Program-made: the position numbers and the translations under genes
NCBI GenBank assembly: GCA_028818565.1
Contig: JAPPNV010000176.1
Location: 6,382-70,381, forward strand
Length of the DNA: 64,000 nucleotides
Direction: 5' to 3'
Source of the DNA: Rhodospirillales bacterium
Lineage (GTDB): Bacteria; Pseudomonadota; Alphaproteobacteria; UBA828
The notes under the pieces: generated by a model
What the model was told of the DNA's origin: nothing
The model's input: the letters and a program-made list of their open reading frames with translations, nothing else
Databases searched by the model: none
Part shown: piece after piece, positions 52,636 to 62,796 of the stretch
How positions within the stretch are numbered: position 1 is the stretch's first letter
Layout: each line of letters begins with the position of its first letter

Positions 52636-52745
52636 CGCCGCCCGCAACGCCCCGCGTCGCTGAACAATCCGCGACGGCTATGCTATAGTGTAACGTGCGG
52701 GCGCTGTCGCACGTCACGGCTGCAGGCGGCGCGATCGAGGAACGA

Positions 52746-53252
52746 ATGGACACCCCGCTGAACGACAAGCCGACCTTCCATTCAGGTGGGCACGAGCACC
52801 AGACCTGCATCGAGGATGCGCTCGCCCGCGCCGATGAGGTGTGCCGAGAGCGCGGCGTTCGGCTCACCCCGCTGCGGCGCAGGGTGCTGGAGCTGGTCTG
52901 GGGCAACCATCGCGCGGTCAAGGCATACGACCTGCTCGCGGCGCTCGGCGATGCGGTGGGCGCGGCGAAGCCGCCGACGGTGTACCGCGCCCTCGAGTTC
53001 CTGATGGCTCAGGGCCTGGTCCATCGAATCGACAGCCTCAACGCCTTCGTCGGCTGCCCGCAGCCCGACCACCGCCACAGCGCGCAGTTTCTCATATGCG
53101 GTGGCTGCGGCGACGTTTCGGAGATGAATGCGGCGAGTATCGACCGTGCCGTCGCCGACCAGGCGGCAGAATCGGGCTTTGCGCTCTCGCGCTCGATCAT
53201 CGAGCTTCACGGCGAATGTCCGCGCTGCGCGACGCTTCCGCCGACCCCCTGA
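52746..53252 (+). CDS. zur: Fur-family zinc uptake regulator
   Basis: RLTPLRRRVLELVW... and C-terminal CGGCG...CPRC metal sites. Adjacent to znuCB. Confidence 0.8.
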   Translation: MDTPLNDKPTFHSGGHEHQTCIEDALARADEVCRERGVRLTPLRRRVLELVWGNHRAVKAYDLLAALGDAVGAAKPPTVYRALEFLMAQGLVHRIDSLNAFVGCPQPDHRHSAQFLICGGCGDVSEMNAASIDRAVADQAAESGFALSRSIIELHGECPRCATLPPTP

Positions 53253-54061
53253 CCTGTCCGCCGCAGGGCGTTGCGGAGGAGGCACCGCTCGCCCTGGGCC
53301 GCGACCTGGTCGTGCGCTACGGCGGCCGCACGGTTCTGGATCGGGTCTCGATCGAGGTCCACCGCCGCGAGGTGGTGAGCCTGATCGGGCCGAACGGGGC
53401 CGGCAAGACCACGGCCGTGCGCACCCTGCTCGGCCTTATCAAGCCGGATGCGGGCGTCGTTCATCACGCGCCCGGCGTCGTGGTGGGCTATGTCCCTCAG
53501 CGGATCGAGCCGGAGGATCTCCTGCCGCTCACCACGCGCCGCTTCCTGGCGATGGCGGGGCGGCGCGCCCGCGCCGATATCGTCGCAGTGCTGGAGGAGG
53601 TGGGGGCGGCGCCCCTGATCGACCGCCAGCTCAGCAACCTCTCCGGCGGCGAGTTCAGGCGTGTCCTGCTCGCCCGCGCGCTGCTTCGCGACCCCGACCT
53701 GCTGGTGCTCGACGAGCCGATCCAGCAGGTCGACTTCGCGGGCCAGCTCGCCATGCACCAATTGATCGGACGATTGCGGGACCGGCGCGGCTGTGGCGTC
53801 CTGGTCATCTCCCACGACCTCCACCTGGTGTTGGGCGCGACCGATCGCGTGGTGTGCATCAACGGGCACGTCTGCTGCGCCGGCGAGCCCGAGGCGGTGA
53901 GCCGGCACCCCGAGTACATCTCGTTGTTCGGCCCTGGTGCAGCCGCCGCGCTCGCGGTCTACACCCACGACCCCGGCCACCGTCACGACCACCCCATCGC
54001 GGTGGCAGCGGTCGACGACACCCCGCCCGACTCCGGCGTCGATCCCGAGCGGGCCGGCTGA
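53216..54061 (+). CDS. znuC: zinc ABC transporter ATP-binding protein
   Basis: Walker A GPNGAGKTT, signature LSGGEFRRVL and a His-rich C-terminus. The ATG at 53216 overlaps zur by 37 nt, so a non-ATG start nearer 53255 is possible. Confidence 0.75.
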   Translation: MSALRDASADPLTCPPQGVAEEAPLALGRDLVVRYGGRTVLDRVSIEVHRREVVSLIGPNGAGKTTAVRTLLGLIKPDAGVVHHAPGVVVGYVPQRIEPEDLLPLTTRRFLAMAGRRARADIVAVLEEVGAAPLIDRQLSNLSGGEFRRVLLARALLRDPDLLVLDEPIQQVDFAGQLAMHQLIGRLRDRRGCGVLVISHDLHLVLGATDRVVCINGHVCCAGEPEAVSRHPEYISLFGPGAAAALAVYTHDPGHRHDHPIAVAAVDDTPPDSGVDPERAG

Positions 54062-54068
54062 CCGCGCA

Positions 54069-54902
54069 ATGTTTGACGACTTCTTCGCGCGCGCGCTCGC
54101 GGGCGGCATCGGCGTGGCGCTCGCCACCGGGCCCCTCGGCTGCTTCATGGTGTGGCGGCGCATGGCCTATTTCGGCGATTCTATCGCGCACAGTGCGCTG
54201 CTCGGCGTTCTGCTCGGCGTTGTCCTCGGCATCGACCTCAACGGCGGCATCATCCTCATGTGCGTCGCGTTGGCTTTGCTGCTCCTCTTGCTCCAGCAGC
54301 AGCGTCGATTGGCCACGGACACGCTCCTCGGCATCCTCGCGCACGGCACGCTGGCCCTCGGCCTCGTCGGGCTCAGCTTCCTCCAGAGCGTGCGTGTGGA
54401 CCTGATGACCTACCTGTTCGGCGACATTCTGGCCGTCACTGGCCGCGACCTGATCTGGATCTACGGCGGGGGCGGCGCAGTGCTCGTGGCGACGGCGCTG
54501 ATCTGGCGGCCCCTGCTGGCCGTCACCGTCCACGAAGAGCTCGCGCGTGCCGAAGGCGTGCGGGCCGGTCTCGTCCGCATCGTCTTCACCCTCCTGATTG
54601 CGCTCGCGGTCGCCATCGCCATGAAAATCATCGGCCTCATCTTGATCGTGTCGCTGCTGATCATCCCGGCGGCGACGGCGCGCAGACTCGCCCTCTCGCC
54701 CGAGCAGATGGCGCTGCTCGCAAGCGCGATCGGGGCGGCGGCGGTCGCCGGGGGACTGCACGGCTCGCTCGCCTGGGATACACCGTCCGGCCCCTCGATC
54801 GTGGTCGCCGCGCTCGCGCTCTTCACGCTCTGCCATGGCGGCGCCGCGCTGGCCTCGGTCTTCTTCGGACGGGTCGTTGATTCGGCACGGGCAGAGAACT
54901 AG
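54069..54902 (+). CDS. znuB: zinc ABC transporter permease
   Basis: MFDDFFARALAGGIGVALATGPLGCFMVWRRMAYFGDSIAHSALLG is the ZnuB signature. Confidence 0.85.
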   Translation: MFDDFFARALAGGIGVALATGPLGCFMVWRRMAYFGDSIAHSALLGVLLGVVLGIDLNGGIILMCVALALLLLLLQQQRRLATDTLLGILAHGTLALGLVGLSFLQSVRVDLMTYLFGDILAVTGRDLIWIYGGGGAVLVATALIWRPLLAVTVHEELARAEGVRAGLVRIVFTLLIALAVAIAMKIIGLILIVSLLIIPAATARRLALSPEQMALLASAIGAAAVAGGLHGSLAWDTPSGPSIVVAALALFTLCHGGAALASVFFGRVVDSARAEN

Positions 54903-54932
54903 CCTCGCGCATTCGCGCAAGGAGCGAGGCAA

Positions 54933-55313
54933 ATGGCGGCCAGAGCCGACGTGGCCCAAGAGGTGATCGAGCGGCTGCATTTCGACGACGCGGGGCTCAT
55001 CCCCGCGATCGCGCAATCGCACGACACGCGCGCGGTGCTGATGCTCGCCTGGATGAACGCGGACGCGGTGCGTGAGACGCTGGAGACCGGCCGCGTCTGC
55101 TACTGGTCGCGCTCACGCCAGACGCTGTGGCGGAAGGGCGAGAGCTCGGGCCACACGCAGCGGCTGGTCGAGATGCGTTTCGACTGCGACAGCGACGCCC
55201 TTCTGCTCCTGGTCGATCAGACCGGCCCCGCCTGCCACACCAACCGCCCGGCCTGCTTCTACAACGCCGTGCAGGATAACGAGATCCGCGTAATCGCCGA
55301 GCCCGTCGAATAG
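54933..55313 (+). CDS. hisI: phosphoribosyl-AMP cyclohydrolase
   Basis: Histidine-biosynthesis HisI motifs VLMLAWMNADAVRETLETGRVCYWSRSRQTLWRKGESSGH. Confidence 0.85.
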   Translation: MAARADVAQEVIERLHFDDAGLIPAIAQSHDTRAVLMLAWMNADAVRETLETGRVCYWSRSRQTLWRKGESSGHTQRLVEMRFDCDSDALLLLVDQTGPACHTNRPACFYNAVQDNEIRVIAEPVE

Positions 55314-55314
55314 T

Positions 55315-56439
55315 TCAGAGCAGGCGGCCGGGGCTGAGCTGTGCGGCGGTGACGCCGCGCGTTGTGGCCTCTTCCGGCACGGGATCGCCAGCGGCAACAG
55401 CCGCCGTTATGGCGCCGAGCGCCGGCGCGGTCATGATGCCGGCACCGCCCTGGCCAGCCAGCCAGAAGAAGCCCTCGGCGGCAACGTCGAAGCCCGCCAC
55501 CGGCATGCGATCCGCGACGAAGCTCCTGAGGCCCGCCCACTGGTTGCGGATGTGGCGGATCTCCAGCGTCGTTGCCTGCATGATTCGATCCGCGCCGATG
55601 GCGATGTCGAGCTCTTCCGCGTAGGCGTCGCAGGGATCAGACGGCGTCTCGTCGGCGGGCGAGCCCAGAACCCGGCCGGCATCGGGCTTGAGGTAGAAGG
55701 TATCGTCGATGTCGTGAACCATCGGCCAGTCGCCCACGTCGCAATCCGCCGGTCCGTCGAAGATGAACGCCGTGCGGCGCTTCGGCTGAAGGCCGATCGG
55801 CGCGATACCGGCGAGCGCGGCGACGGCGTCGCACCAGGCCCCGGCGGCGTTGACCACGACCGGCGCGGCGAAGGCGCCGGCCGGCGTCTCCGCGTGCCAG
55901 AGGTCGCCGTTGCGGGCGAGCGCGGTTACCTCCGCCTCCGTCATCAGCGTGCCGCCCCGGGCGCGCAGGCAGCGCAAGTAGCCCTGGTGCAGGGCGGACA
56001 CGTCAATCTCTTCCGACACCTGTTCGAGGACTGCGCCGGCGACATAGTCCTCGCGCAACGGCACAGGCTGCTCGAGAGTTTCGGCGGCGTCGAGGCGCAC
56101 CAGGGTCGGCACCAGCGGGCGGCACTCTTCATAGAACCGGTCGAGCGCGTCGAGCTGATCCGCGCGGCCGATATAGAGCACCTGGTGGGGGCTGAGCAGC
56201 GGCAAGTCCGCGAAGCCTGACGGCGGGTCGGCGAGGAAGGCCCGGCCTGCGGTGGCGAGCCCCCGCGTCAGCGGGCCGCCGTAGGTTTCCATGTACATGG
56301 CGGCAGAGCGGCCGGTGGAGTGATAGCCGGCCGCGTCCTCCCGCTCGAGCAGGACCACGCGCCCCCGCTCGGCAAGCCAGTACGCCGCCGAAGCCCCGGC
56401 CATGCCGGCGCCGATGACCAGAAAATCACAGCGTTCCAT
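55315..56439 (-). CDS. FAD-dependent oxidoreductase (DAO family, glycine/D-amino-acid oxidase-like)
   Basis: Start MERCDFLVIGAGMAGASAAYWLA (GxGxxG) at ATG 56439. Confidence 0.75.
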   Translation of the reverse strand: MERCDFLVIGAGMAGASAAYWLAERGRVVLLEREDAAGYHSTGRSAAMYMETYGGPLTRGLATAGRAFLADPPSGFADLPLLSPHQVLYIGRADQLDALDRFYEECRPLVPTLVRLDAAETLEQPVPLREDYVAGAVLEQVSEEIDVSALHQGYLRCLRARGGTLMTEAEVTALARNGDLWHAETPAGAFAAPVVVNAAGAWCDAVAALAGIAPIGLQPKRRTAFIFDGPADCDVGDWPMVHDIDDTFYLKPDAGRVLGSPADETPSDPCDAYAEELDIAIGADRIMQATTLEIRHIRNQWAGLRSFVADRMPVAGFDVAAEGFFWLAGQGGAGIMTAPALGAITAAVAAGDPVPEEATTRGVTAAQLSPGRLL

Positions 56440-56572
56440 GGCGCGCATTCTATGCAGCACGCCGCGCGGCCGAAATGGCCCAATACCGCATCGGCGGGCA
56501 TGTGTTCGCCACTCTCGGCAAGGCGTGCCCGGCCCGCTACTCTTGCGCCCTCTTCAGCGATGGGAGCAAATC

Positions 56573-57388
56573 ATGGAGGTATCGTGTAAGGGGCGTCGCG
56601 CGGTGGTGACCGCCGGCGGCTCGGGCATCGGACGCGTCATTGCGGAGACACTGGCAGCCAACGGCGCGCGGGTGTTCACCTGCGACGTCCAGCCCCACCT
56701 GATCGAAGACGTGCGGAGCGAAGGGATCGGCGCGATCGAGGCCGATGTCGGCAACCCGACCGAGGTCGACCGCCTGTTCGAGGTAGCGGCGGAAGCCATG
56801 GGCAGCGTCGACGTCCTGGTCAACAACGCAGGAATCGCCGGCCCCACCGCACGGGTGGAGCAGATCGAGCCCGCCGACTGGGACCGCACGATCGCGGTCA
56901 ACATCTCCGGCCAATTCTACTGCGCCCGCCGCGCGGTCCCGCTGATGCGCCAGGCTGGCCGCGGCACTATCGTCAACATCTCGTCCACCGCCGGCCGCCT
57001 CGGCTTCCCGCTGAGACTCCCCTACGCCACCTCCAAGTTCGCGATCACCGGCCTGACCAAGACGCTGGCGATCGAGCTCGGCCCCGCCAACATCAGCGTC
57101 AACGCCATCCTGCCGGGCTACATCCTCAACGAGAGGGGCGCTCGCGTGATCCGCGCCAAGGCCGAAGCCGCCGGCCGCACGGTGGGGGAGATGGAGGCCG
57201 CGATCCTCGGCAACATCGCCATGCGCACCGGCATCGCAGAGCAGGAGATCGCGGACCTCGCGCTCTACCTCTGCTCCGATTCAGGCCGCCACATCTCGGG
57301 CCAGCTGCTCGGCGTCGACGGCGCCTTCGACACCTACATGGGCATGGACAACCTCGACGACCCGCCGCCAGGCGCAGGCGGCGCGTGA
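56573..57388 (+). CDS. SDR family oxidoreductase
   Basis: TAGGSGIGRVIAETLA, NNAG and YATSKFAI (YxxxK) are SDR motifs. GGGAG RBS. Confidence 0.85.
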   Translation: MEVSCKGRRAVVTAGGSGIGRVIAETLAANGARVFTCDVQPHLIEDVRSEGIGAIEADVGNPTEVDRLFEVAAEAMGSVDVLVNNAGIAGPTARVEQIEPADWDRTIAVNISGQFYCARRAVPLMRQAGRGTIVNISSTAGRLGFPLRLPYATSKFAITGLTKTLAIELGPANISVNAILPGYILNERGARVIRAKAEAAGRTVGEMEAAILGNIAMRTGIAEQEIADLALYLCSDSGRHISGQLLGVDGAFDTYMGMDNLDDPPPGAGGA

Positions 57389-58128
57389 TCGTCCTCTTCA
57401 CCGATTTCGGGCCGGGCGGGCCCTATACGGGCCAGATGAAGGCGGTGCTCGCGCGCGAGGCGCCGGAAATTCCGGTGGTCGACCTCGCGGACGACCTGCC
57501 GGCTTGCGACCCGGAGCCTGCGGCCTATCTCCTCGCGGCGTTCACATCCGCGTTTCCGCCGGGCGCGGTCTTCGTCTGCGTGGTCGACCCGGGCGTCGGC
57601 AGCGACCGGGCGCCGCTCGCGCTCAGCGCCGGTGAGCGCTGGTACGTGGGCCCCGACAACGGCCTTCTGGCCATCGTTGCCCAGCATGCCGGTGATTCAC
57701 GCTGGTTCACGATCACCTGGCAGCCGCCGGCCCTCTCCGCCTCCTTTCACGGCCGCGATCTCTTCGCGCCCGTAGCGGCGCGGATCGCACGCGGCGAGGC
57801 TGTGCCCGGCACACCGCTCGACGCCGCGGCTACGGTGGGCACCGACTGGCCCGCCGACCGCGCGGCGATCGTCTACGTCGACCCCTACGGCAACGCGATG
57901 ACGGGTTTGCGGGCGGACAGCCTGCCGGGGGACGCGACGATTGCTGCGGGCGCCCGGCGGTTCGCGCGGCTGCGCACGTTTTCCGACGCGGAGCCGGGCG
58001 CGGCCTTCTGGTACGAGAATGCCAACGGGCTCGCCGAAATCGCGGTCAACCGGGGCCGGGCGGACCGCCTGCTGGGGCTCCAGGTGGGAACACCCGTCCG
58101 CATCGAGACGGCGGATGGCGGCGAATGA
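57385..58128 (+). CDS. SAM hydroxide adenosyltransferase family protein (DUF62; fluorinase/chlorinase/SAM-hydrolase fold)
   Basis: IVLFTDFGPGGPYTGQMKAVL and VVDPGVG match the DUF62 pattern. GTG start overlaps the SDR stop as GTGA. Confidence 0.75.
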   Translation: MIVLFTDFGPGGPYTGQMKAVLAREAPEIPVVDLADDLPACDPEPAAYLLAAFTSAFPPGAVFVCVVDPGVGSDRAPLALSAGERWYVGPDNGLLAIVAQHAGDSRWFTITWQPPALSASFHGRDLFAPVAARIARGEAVPGTPLDAAATVGTDWPADRAAIVYVDPYGNAMTGLRADSLPGDATIAAGARRFARLRTFSDAEPGAAFWYENANGLAEIAVNRGRADRLLGLQVGTPVRIETADGGE

Positions 58129-58853
58129 CGGGCTGGCGGCCGAACGGGGACCAGATTCGCGCCGGCAAGCTCGCCGGTGCCGACCTTACGCGCTTCGACC
58201 TGCAGGGCTTCCACTTCCGCCAGGCCGACCTGCGCGGGGCGAGCTTTGCCGGCAGCATTCTGCGCGAGGTCGACCTGTGGGGCGCGGACCTCACCGACGC
58301 CGACCTCACCGGGTCGAACCTGCGGCTGGCGACGTTCAAGGGCGCCAGCATGCGCGGCGCGCGGCTCGCCGGCGCCGATCTCTGGAGCGCCGACCTCAAG
58401 GTCGCCGACCTCGGCGGCGCTGTGCTCTCCGAGTGCAATCTCGCGCAGGCCGAGCTCGCCGGCGCCAAGTGCCGGGGAGCCGACTTCAGCGGTGCCGAGC
58501 TCTACTGCGCCGACCTTCGGCTTGCCGACCTGGAGGACGCCAATCTCGGCCGCGCCGACGGGCGCCTCGCCAAGCTGGAGGAGGCGGTGCTGGTCGGCGC
58601 CAACCTGCGCGAGGCGAATTTCTCCGGAGCGAGCTTCAAGCGCGCGCGGCTCGCCACCGCCGACCTGGGCGGCGCCAACCTGCGCGAGGCGAACTTTCGC
58701 GAGGCCGACCTGATACGCGCGGACTTTCGGGGGGCCGAGGTGGCGGACGCCTTCTTCGGCCAGGCCAATCTCGACGGCACGGTGATGCCCGACGGTACCA
58801 TCGAATCGGCCGCCCTCCGCCACTGGGCACCGCCCGAGATAGATGAGGACTAA
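58125..58853 (+). CDS. pentapeptide-repeat protein
   Basis: About 35 tandem A(D/N)LxG-type pentapeptides ([33 protein letters not shown]...). ATG overlaps the DUF62 stop as ATGA. Confidence 0.85.
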   Translation: MTGWRPNGDQIRAGKLAGADLTRFDLQGFHFRQADLRGASFAGSILREVDLWGADLTDADLTGSNLRLATFKGASMRGARLAGADLWSADLKVADLGGAVLSECNLAQAELAGAKCRGADFSGAELYCADLRLADLEDANLGRADGRLAKLEEAVLVGANLREANFSGASFKRARLATADLGGANLREANFREADLIRADFRGAEVADAFFGQANLDGTVMPDGTIESAALRHWAPPEIDED

Positions 58854-59944
58854 GCTCCCACGTCGACGATCGCCACCACCGGGCCGCCGCCCTGCGGCCC
58901 CTGGTGCATCGCATCGACCGAAACGAACACGGCGGGATCGCCGATCGCCGCTGCCGCGATGCCACCCACGGCGCCCTTGGAATGGCGGTGATGGTGGACG
59001 TCGGAATCGTCCAGCATGATCTGGCGGCGGCCGCGCAGGCGGGCGGTGCGGTCGGCCTCGCACTTGATGAAGCAGTTTACCAACTTGTCGCCGAGATCGG
59101 CGGCGCGCGGGCGCTCCGGTAGGTCGAGGCCGGCATTGCGGATGCCGTCGTAGATGCCGTCGATGTCGAGCGCGTCCTGCATCACGCCGTGGCCGATGCG
59201 GAAGCGGCCGCCGGCCCCCGGCGCGTTGCCGAAGAGGACGATCTGCCCGCGCTCGAGCTCGACGCCGGACGAGCACGAGGCAACCGAGGAGTAGAGGTCG
59301 AGATTGCGGCAAATCTCCTCGGCCCTGGGCATGCTCACCTCGCCGAGCGCGACGGCGATGCCAAGCCCGGTGGTGCCGTTGGAGACCCCCATGGACTCGT
59401 GAACCTCGCAGGCCACGCTCTCGCCGCGCGCGTGCGCCTCCCGCACCGTGTCGATGGTGAGCAGCGGCGTCTTGGTCTGAACGTAGTGAACGTCTGCCGG
59501 GTCGCTGATCCCCGCATCGGCCATCGCCGCACGGACACCGTCCGCGATCTTCTCCACCATCGCCGGCCGGCCGATGTCCTCGGGCAGGATCGGCGCGCTC
59601 ATGGCGGTGCCCATGGCGAGGCGCGCTGAATCCTCGGGCCCGGTCTCGTCGTTGCTGGCGAAGACGGTGGCATGGGGGGTGAGCACGCCGTCGCAGCCGC
59701 CGGACCAGACCATGGGGATTTCGCCGACTTCCGCCTCGCTGCGCGTGCCATGCTTGAGCAGGACGCCGCGGAAGGCGGTGTCCGACAGGATGCGAGTGAA
59801 GTCGTTGACCCCGCCGTTGCCCTCCGTCTTGCCGATCGCGGCGACGACCTCATCCGCCGCCATGCGGCCCGACGCGATCAGCTCCTCCAGGCCCGAAGCG
59901 TCCGAGACCGACTTGATCTCGATCTTGGCAACGTCGATGGCCAT
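58850..59944 (-). CDS. ring-opening amidohydrolase, cyanuric acid amidohydrolase / barbiturase (AtzD/TrzD) family
   Basis: Colinear with AtzD-type proteins: [65 protein letters not shown] and C-terminal [22 protein letters not shown]. Confidence 0.8.
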   Translation of the reverse strand: MAIDVAKIEIKSVSDASGLEELIASGRMAADEVVAAIGKTEGNGGVNDFTRILSDTAFRGVLLKHGTRSEAEVGEIPMVWSGGCDGVLTPHATVFASNDETGPEDSARLAMGTAMSAPILPEDIGRPAMVEKIADGVRAAMADAGISDPADVHYVQTKTPLLTIDTVREAHARGESVACEVHESMGVSNGTTGLGIAVALGEVSMPRAEEICRNLDLYSSVASCSSGVELERGQIVLFGNAPGAGGRFRIGHGVMQDALDIDGIYDGIRNAGLDLPERPRAADLGDKLVNCFIKCEADRTARLRGRRQIMLDDSDVHHHRHSKGAVGGIAAAAIGDPAVFVSVDAMHQGPQGGGPVVAIVDVGA

Positions 59945-59964
59945 GCCTCTCTCCCTCGCAGCTC

Positions 59965-61218
59965 TCAGGCCCAGGCCGTGCGCCGCTGGGTCACGGTCTC
60001 GGCCACGACCCGGCCGCGCTTGATGACGTGGGTGCGGTCCGCCCGTCTGGTCAGCGCCTCCAGCGGGTCGGCCGCGTCGATGATGACCAGGTCGGCGACA
60101 CAGCCGGGCTCCGCGCCGTAGTCCTCGAGCCGCATGGCACGGGCCGCGGCGCCGGTCTGCATGTCGAAGACCGTTTCGATCTCGTGCGGCCGGCTCATGT
60201 GCGCGGCGTGGCTCGCAAGGAACATCACCTCCAGCGGATCCCCCCGCCCGTAAGGGTAAAAGGTATCGCGGATGCAGTCCTGGCCGCAGGAGACGTTGAC
60301 ACCGGCCTCCAGCAGCTCCTTCACGCGGGTGATGCCGCGCCGCTTGGGCTGTGCATCGCCGCGCCCCTGTAGCATGAGGTTGGTCGCGGGGTTCACGATC
60401 ATGTGGATGCGCGCGTCCCTCACGAGCCCGATCACGCGATTGGCGTAGTCCTCCCCGTAGCCCGCGAGCGCGCAGGTGTGACCCGCGGTGACGCGCCCCT
60501 GCCAGCCGTTCTCCATGGTCTGCCCGGCCAGCACCTCGAGCGTCTTCGCGTCGGGATCGTCGGTCTCGTCCACGTGCATGTCGATGTCGGCGTCGTGATG
60601 CGCCGCGATCTCGAAGGCCAAAGCGATATGGCGCGCGCTGTCCTCCGGCGTCGTCTCGTTGAAGGGCATGCCGCCCACCAGATCGGCGCCGGCCTCCATC
60701 GCCTGCCACATCAGCTCGTCGGTGCCTTCGTCCCTGAAGATGCCTTCTTGCGGGAAGGCGACGATCTGCACGTCCGCGATGTCGCGGGTGCGCTCGCGCG
60801 CTTCGAGCACGCCTTCCAGCGGGCGGAGGCCGCCGATGCTGTCCACATCGACATGGCTGCGGAAGCGCGTGACCCCGTGGGCGACGGCCGTGCGGATGGT
60901 CCCCATCGCGCGCGCCGTTATCTCCTCCACGGTATAGGCGCGCTTGCGCGCCCAGATGATCTCGATGGCCTCGGCGAGGGTGCCGGAGCGATTGGGTCTG
61001 ACATCGTCGTTGATCTGCGCCTTGTCGAGGTGGATGTGCGGCTCCAGGAAGCCCGCCACGCAGAGGCGGCCTGCGGCATCGATGGTGCGTTCGGCCGCAC
61101 CCGTGCCGCCCGAGGGCGCAGGCACGAAACGGCCGTCGTGCACGAAGAGATCGCGCGGCGCCTCCTCCCGCCAGAGGTGCGCGCCTGTGATCGCGAGATC
61201 GACCCGATCTTCCGTCAT
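59965..61218 (-). CDS. cytosine-deaminase-like amidohydrolase (CodA/AtzC family)
   Basis: [10 protein letters not shown] (compare CodA FVEPHIHLDT) and a metal-dependent amidohydrolase fold. GGAGG RBS before ATG 61218. Confidence 0.75.
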   Translation of the reverse strand: MTEDRVDLAITGAHLWREEAPRDLFVHDGRFVPAPSGGTGAAERTIDAAGRLCVAGFLEPHIHLDKAQINDDVRPNRSGTLAEAIEIIWARKRAYTVEEITARAMGTIRTAVAHGVTRFRSHVDVDSIGGLRPLEGVLEARERTRDIADVQIVAFPQEGIFRDEGTDELMWQAMEAGADLVGGMPFNETTPEDSARHIALAFEIAAHHDADIDMHVDETDDPDAKTLEVLAGQTMENGWQGRVTAGHTCALAGYGEDYANRVIGLVRDARIHMIVNPATNLMLQGRGDAQPKRRGITRVKELLEAGVNVSCGQDCIRDTFYPYGRGDPLEVMFLASHAAHMSRPHEIETVFDMQTGAAARAMRLEDYGAEPGCVADLVIIDAADPLEALTRRADRTHVIKRGRVVAETVTQRRTAWA

Positions 61219-61243
61219 GGTTCGCTCCTCCCTCGGGCTCCGC

Positions 61244-62668
61244 CTAACGCCCAGAAGCCAAGATGCCGACGGCATTGAGACGGGCCACCGTTTCCTCCCG
61301 GCCAAGCGCCACCATGACGGCGAAAATTCCGGGTGACGCGTGCGAGCCCGTCAGGGCTGCACGCAACGGCTGGGCGATCTTCCCCAGCCCGATCCCCTCG
61401 CCCTCGGCGAAGGCGCGGACGAAGCGTTCGAGCTCGGCCTCGTCCCACTCGGCCAGCTCTTCCAGCATGTAGGCCAGTGCGCCCAGGTGCGCCTGTGTCT
61501 CCAAGCTGAGGCCATTGAGCAGCCTGTGCGCCTTGGGCGTCATTGCGTCTCGCGGATCGCGAAACAGAAACGCCAGATTGTCGGCGAGCTCGACCAGCGT
61601 CTTCGCACGCGCCTTGGCCTCCGGCAGCAGGGCCGCAATCCGCCGCCGTCCCTCGTCCGTCGCGGCCGCCGGGTGGCGCGCGGCGAGCCGCTGCTCGAGG
61701 TCGATCAGGAGTACAGAATCTGCGCTTTCGCGGATGTAGTGGCCGTTGAGGCTCTGCAGCTTTTCCATGTCGAAGCGCGCCGCGCCGCGGTTCACCGCGT
61801 CGAGGTCGAACCAGGCGATGGCCTGGGCGGTGTCGATGATCTCGTCGTCGCCGTGGCTCCAGCCGAGCCGCAGCAGCGCGTTGCGCATGGCGGCAGGCAG
61901 AATTCCAAGCTCCGCGTAGGCGCCGACAGCGACCGCGCCGTGCCGCTTTGAGAGCTTCGCTCCGTCGGAGCCATGAATCAGCGGGATATGGGCATAGGCC
62001 GGCGGCTCCCACCCAAGGGCGCGGAAAAGCTGGGTCTGGCGGAAGGCGTTGGTGAGGTGGTCGTCGCCCCGGATGGCATGGGTGATCCCCATGTCGTGGT
62101 CGTCCACGACCACCGAGAGCATATAGGTCGGCGTGCCGTCGGCGCGCAGGAGTACCATGTCGTCGAGAGCTGTGTTATCTATTGTGATATCTCGTTGCAC
62201 TAAATCCGATATGGTTGTTTCCCCTTCCTGCGGTGCCCGAAAGCGGATCACGGGATCGATGCCGGGCGGCGCCTCCGCCGGGTCGCGGTCTCGCCAGCGC
62301 CCGTCGTAGAGCGCTGCGAGACCGGCGGCGCGGGCCTCGGCGCGCATGGTCTCCAGCTCCTCCGGCGTGCAGTAACAGCGGTAGGCGCCGCCTGCCGCGA
62401 GCAACTCGTGCGCGACTTCGGCGTGGCGCTGGCGCCGCTCGGACTGGCGCACGATTTCGCCGTCCCACTCCAGGCCGAGCCAGGTGAGGCCGTTGACGAT
62501 CGCGGCGATGGCTTCGGGGGTCGAGCGCTTGCGGTCGGTGTCCTCCAGCCGCAGTCGGAAGGTGCCGCCGTGATGGCGCGCGTAGAGCCAGTTGAAGAGG
62601 GCAGTGCGCGCGCCGCCGAGGTGCAGCATGCCGGTCGGCGACGGCGCGAAGCGCGTAACGACGCTCAT
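61244..62668 (-). CDS. gltX: glutamate--tRNA ligase
   Basis: Start [30 protein letters not shown] (the HIGH region) and a KLSKR motif. Confidence 0.9.
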   Translation of the reverse strand: MSVVTRFAPSPTGMLHLGGARTALFNWLYARHHGGTFRLRLEDTDRKRSTPEAIAAIVNGLTWLGLEWDGEIVRQSERRQRHAEVAHELLAAGGAYRCYCTPEELETMRAEARAAGLAALYDGRWRDRDPAEAPPGIDPVIRFRAPQEGETTISDLVQRDITIDNTALDDMVLLRADGTPTYMLSVVVDDHDMGITHAIRGDDHLTNAFRQTQLFRALGWEPPAYAHIPLIHGSDGAKLSKRHGAVAVGAYAELGILPAAMRNALLRLGWSHGDDEIIDTAQAIAWFDLDAVNRGAARFDMEKLQSLNGHYIRESADSVLLIDLEQRLAARHPAAATDEGRRRIAALLPEAKARAKTLVELADNLAFLFRDPRDAMTPKAHRLLNGLSLETQAHLGALAYMLEELAEWDEAELERFVRAFAEGEGIGLGKIAQPLRAALTGSHASPGIFAVMVALGREETVARLNAVGILASGR

Positions 62669-62796
62669 GTGCGATCTCACCCCCGGCAGACGACCCGGCC
62701 GTTGGCCACGGACCGGAACGGTCGAGCGTTTAGCATATCGCCCGGCGGCAGGCGACCGGCCGGCCTCCAGTCGCATGGCCGCGGGGTGCTGCCCAC

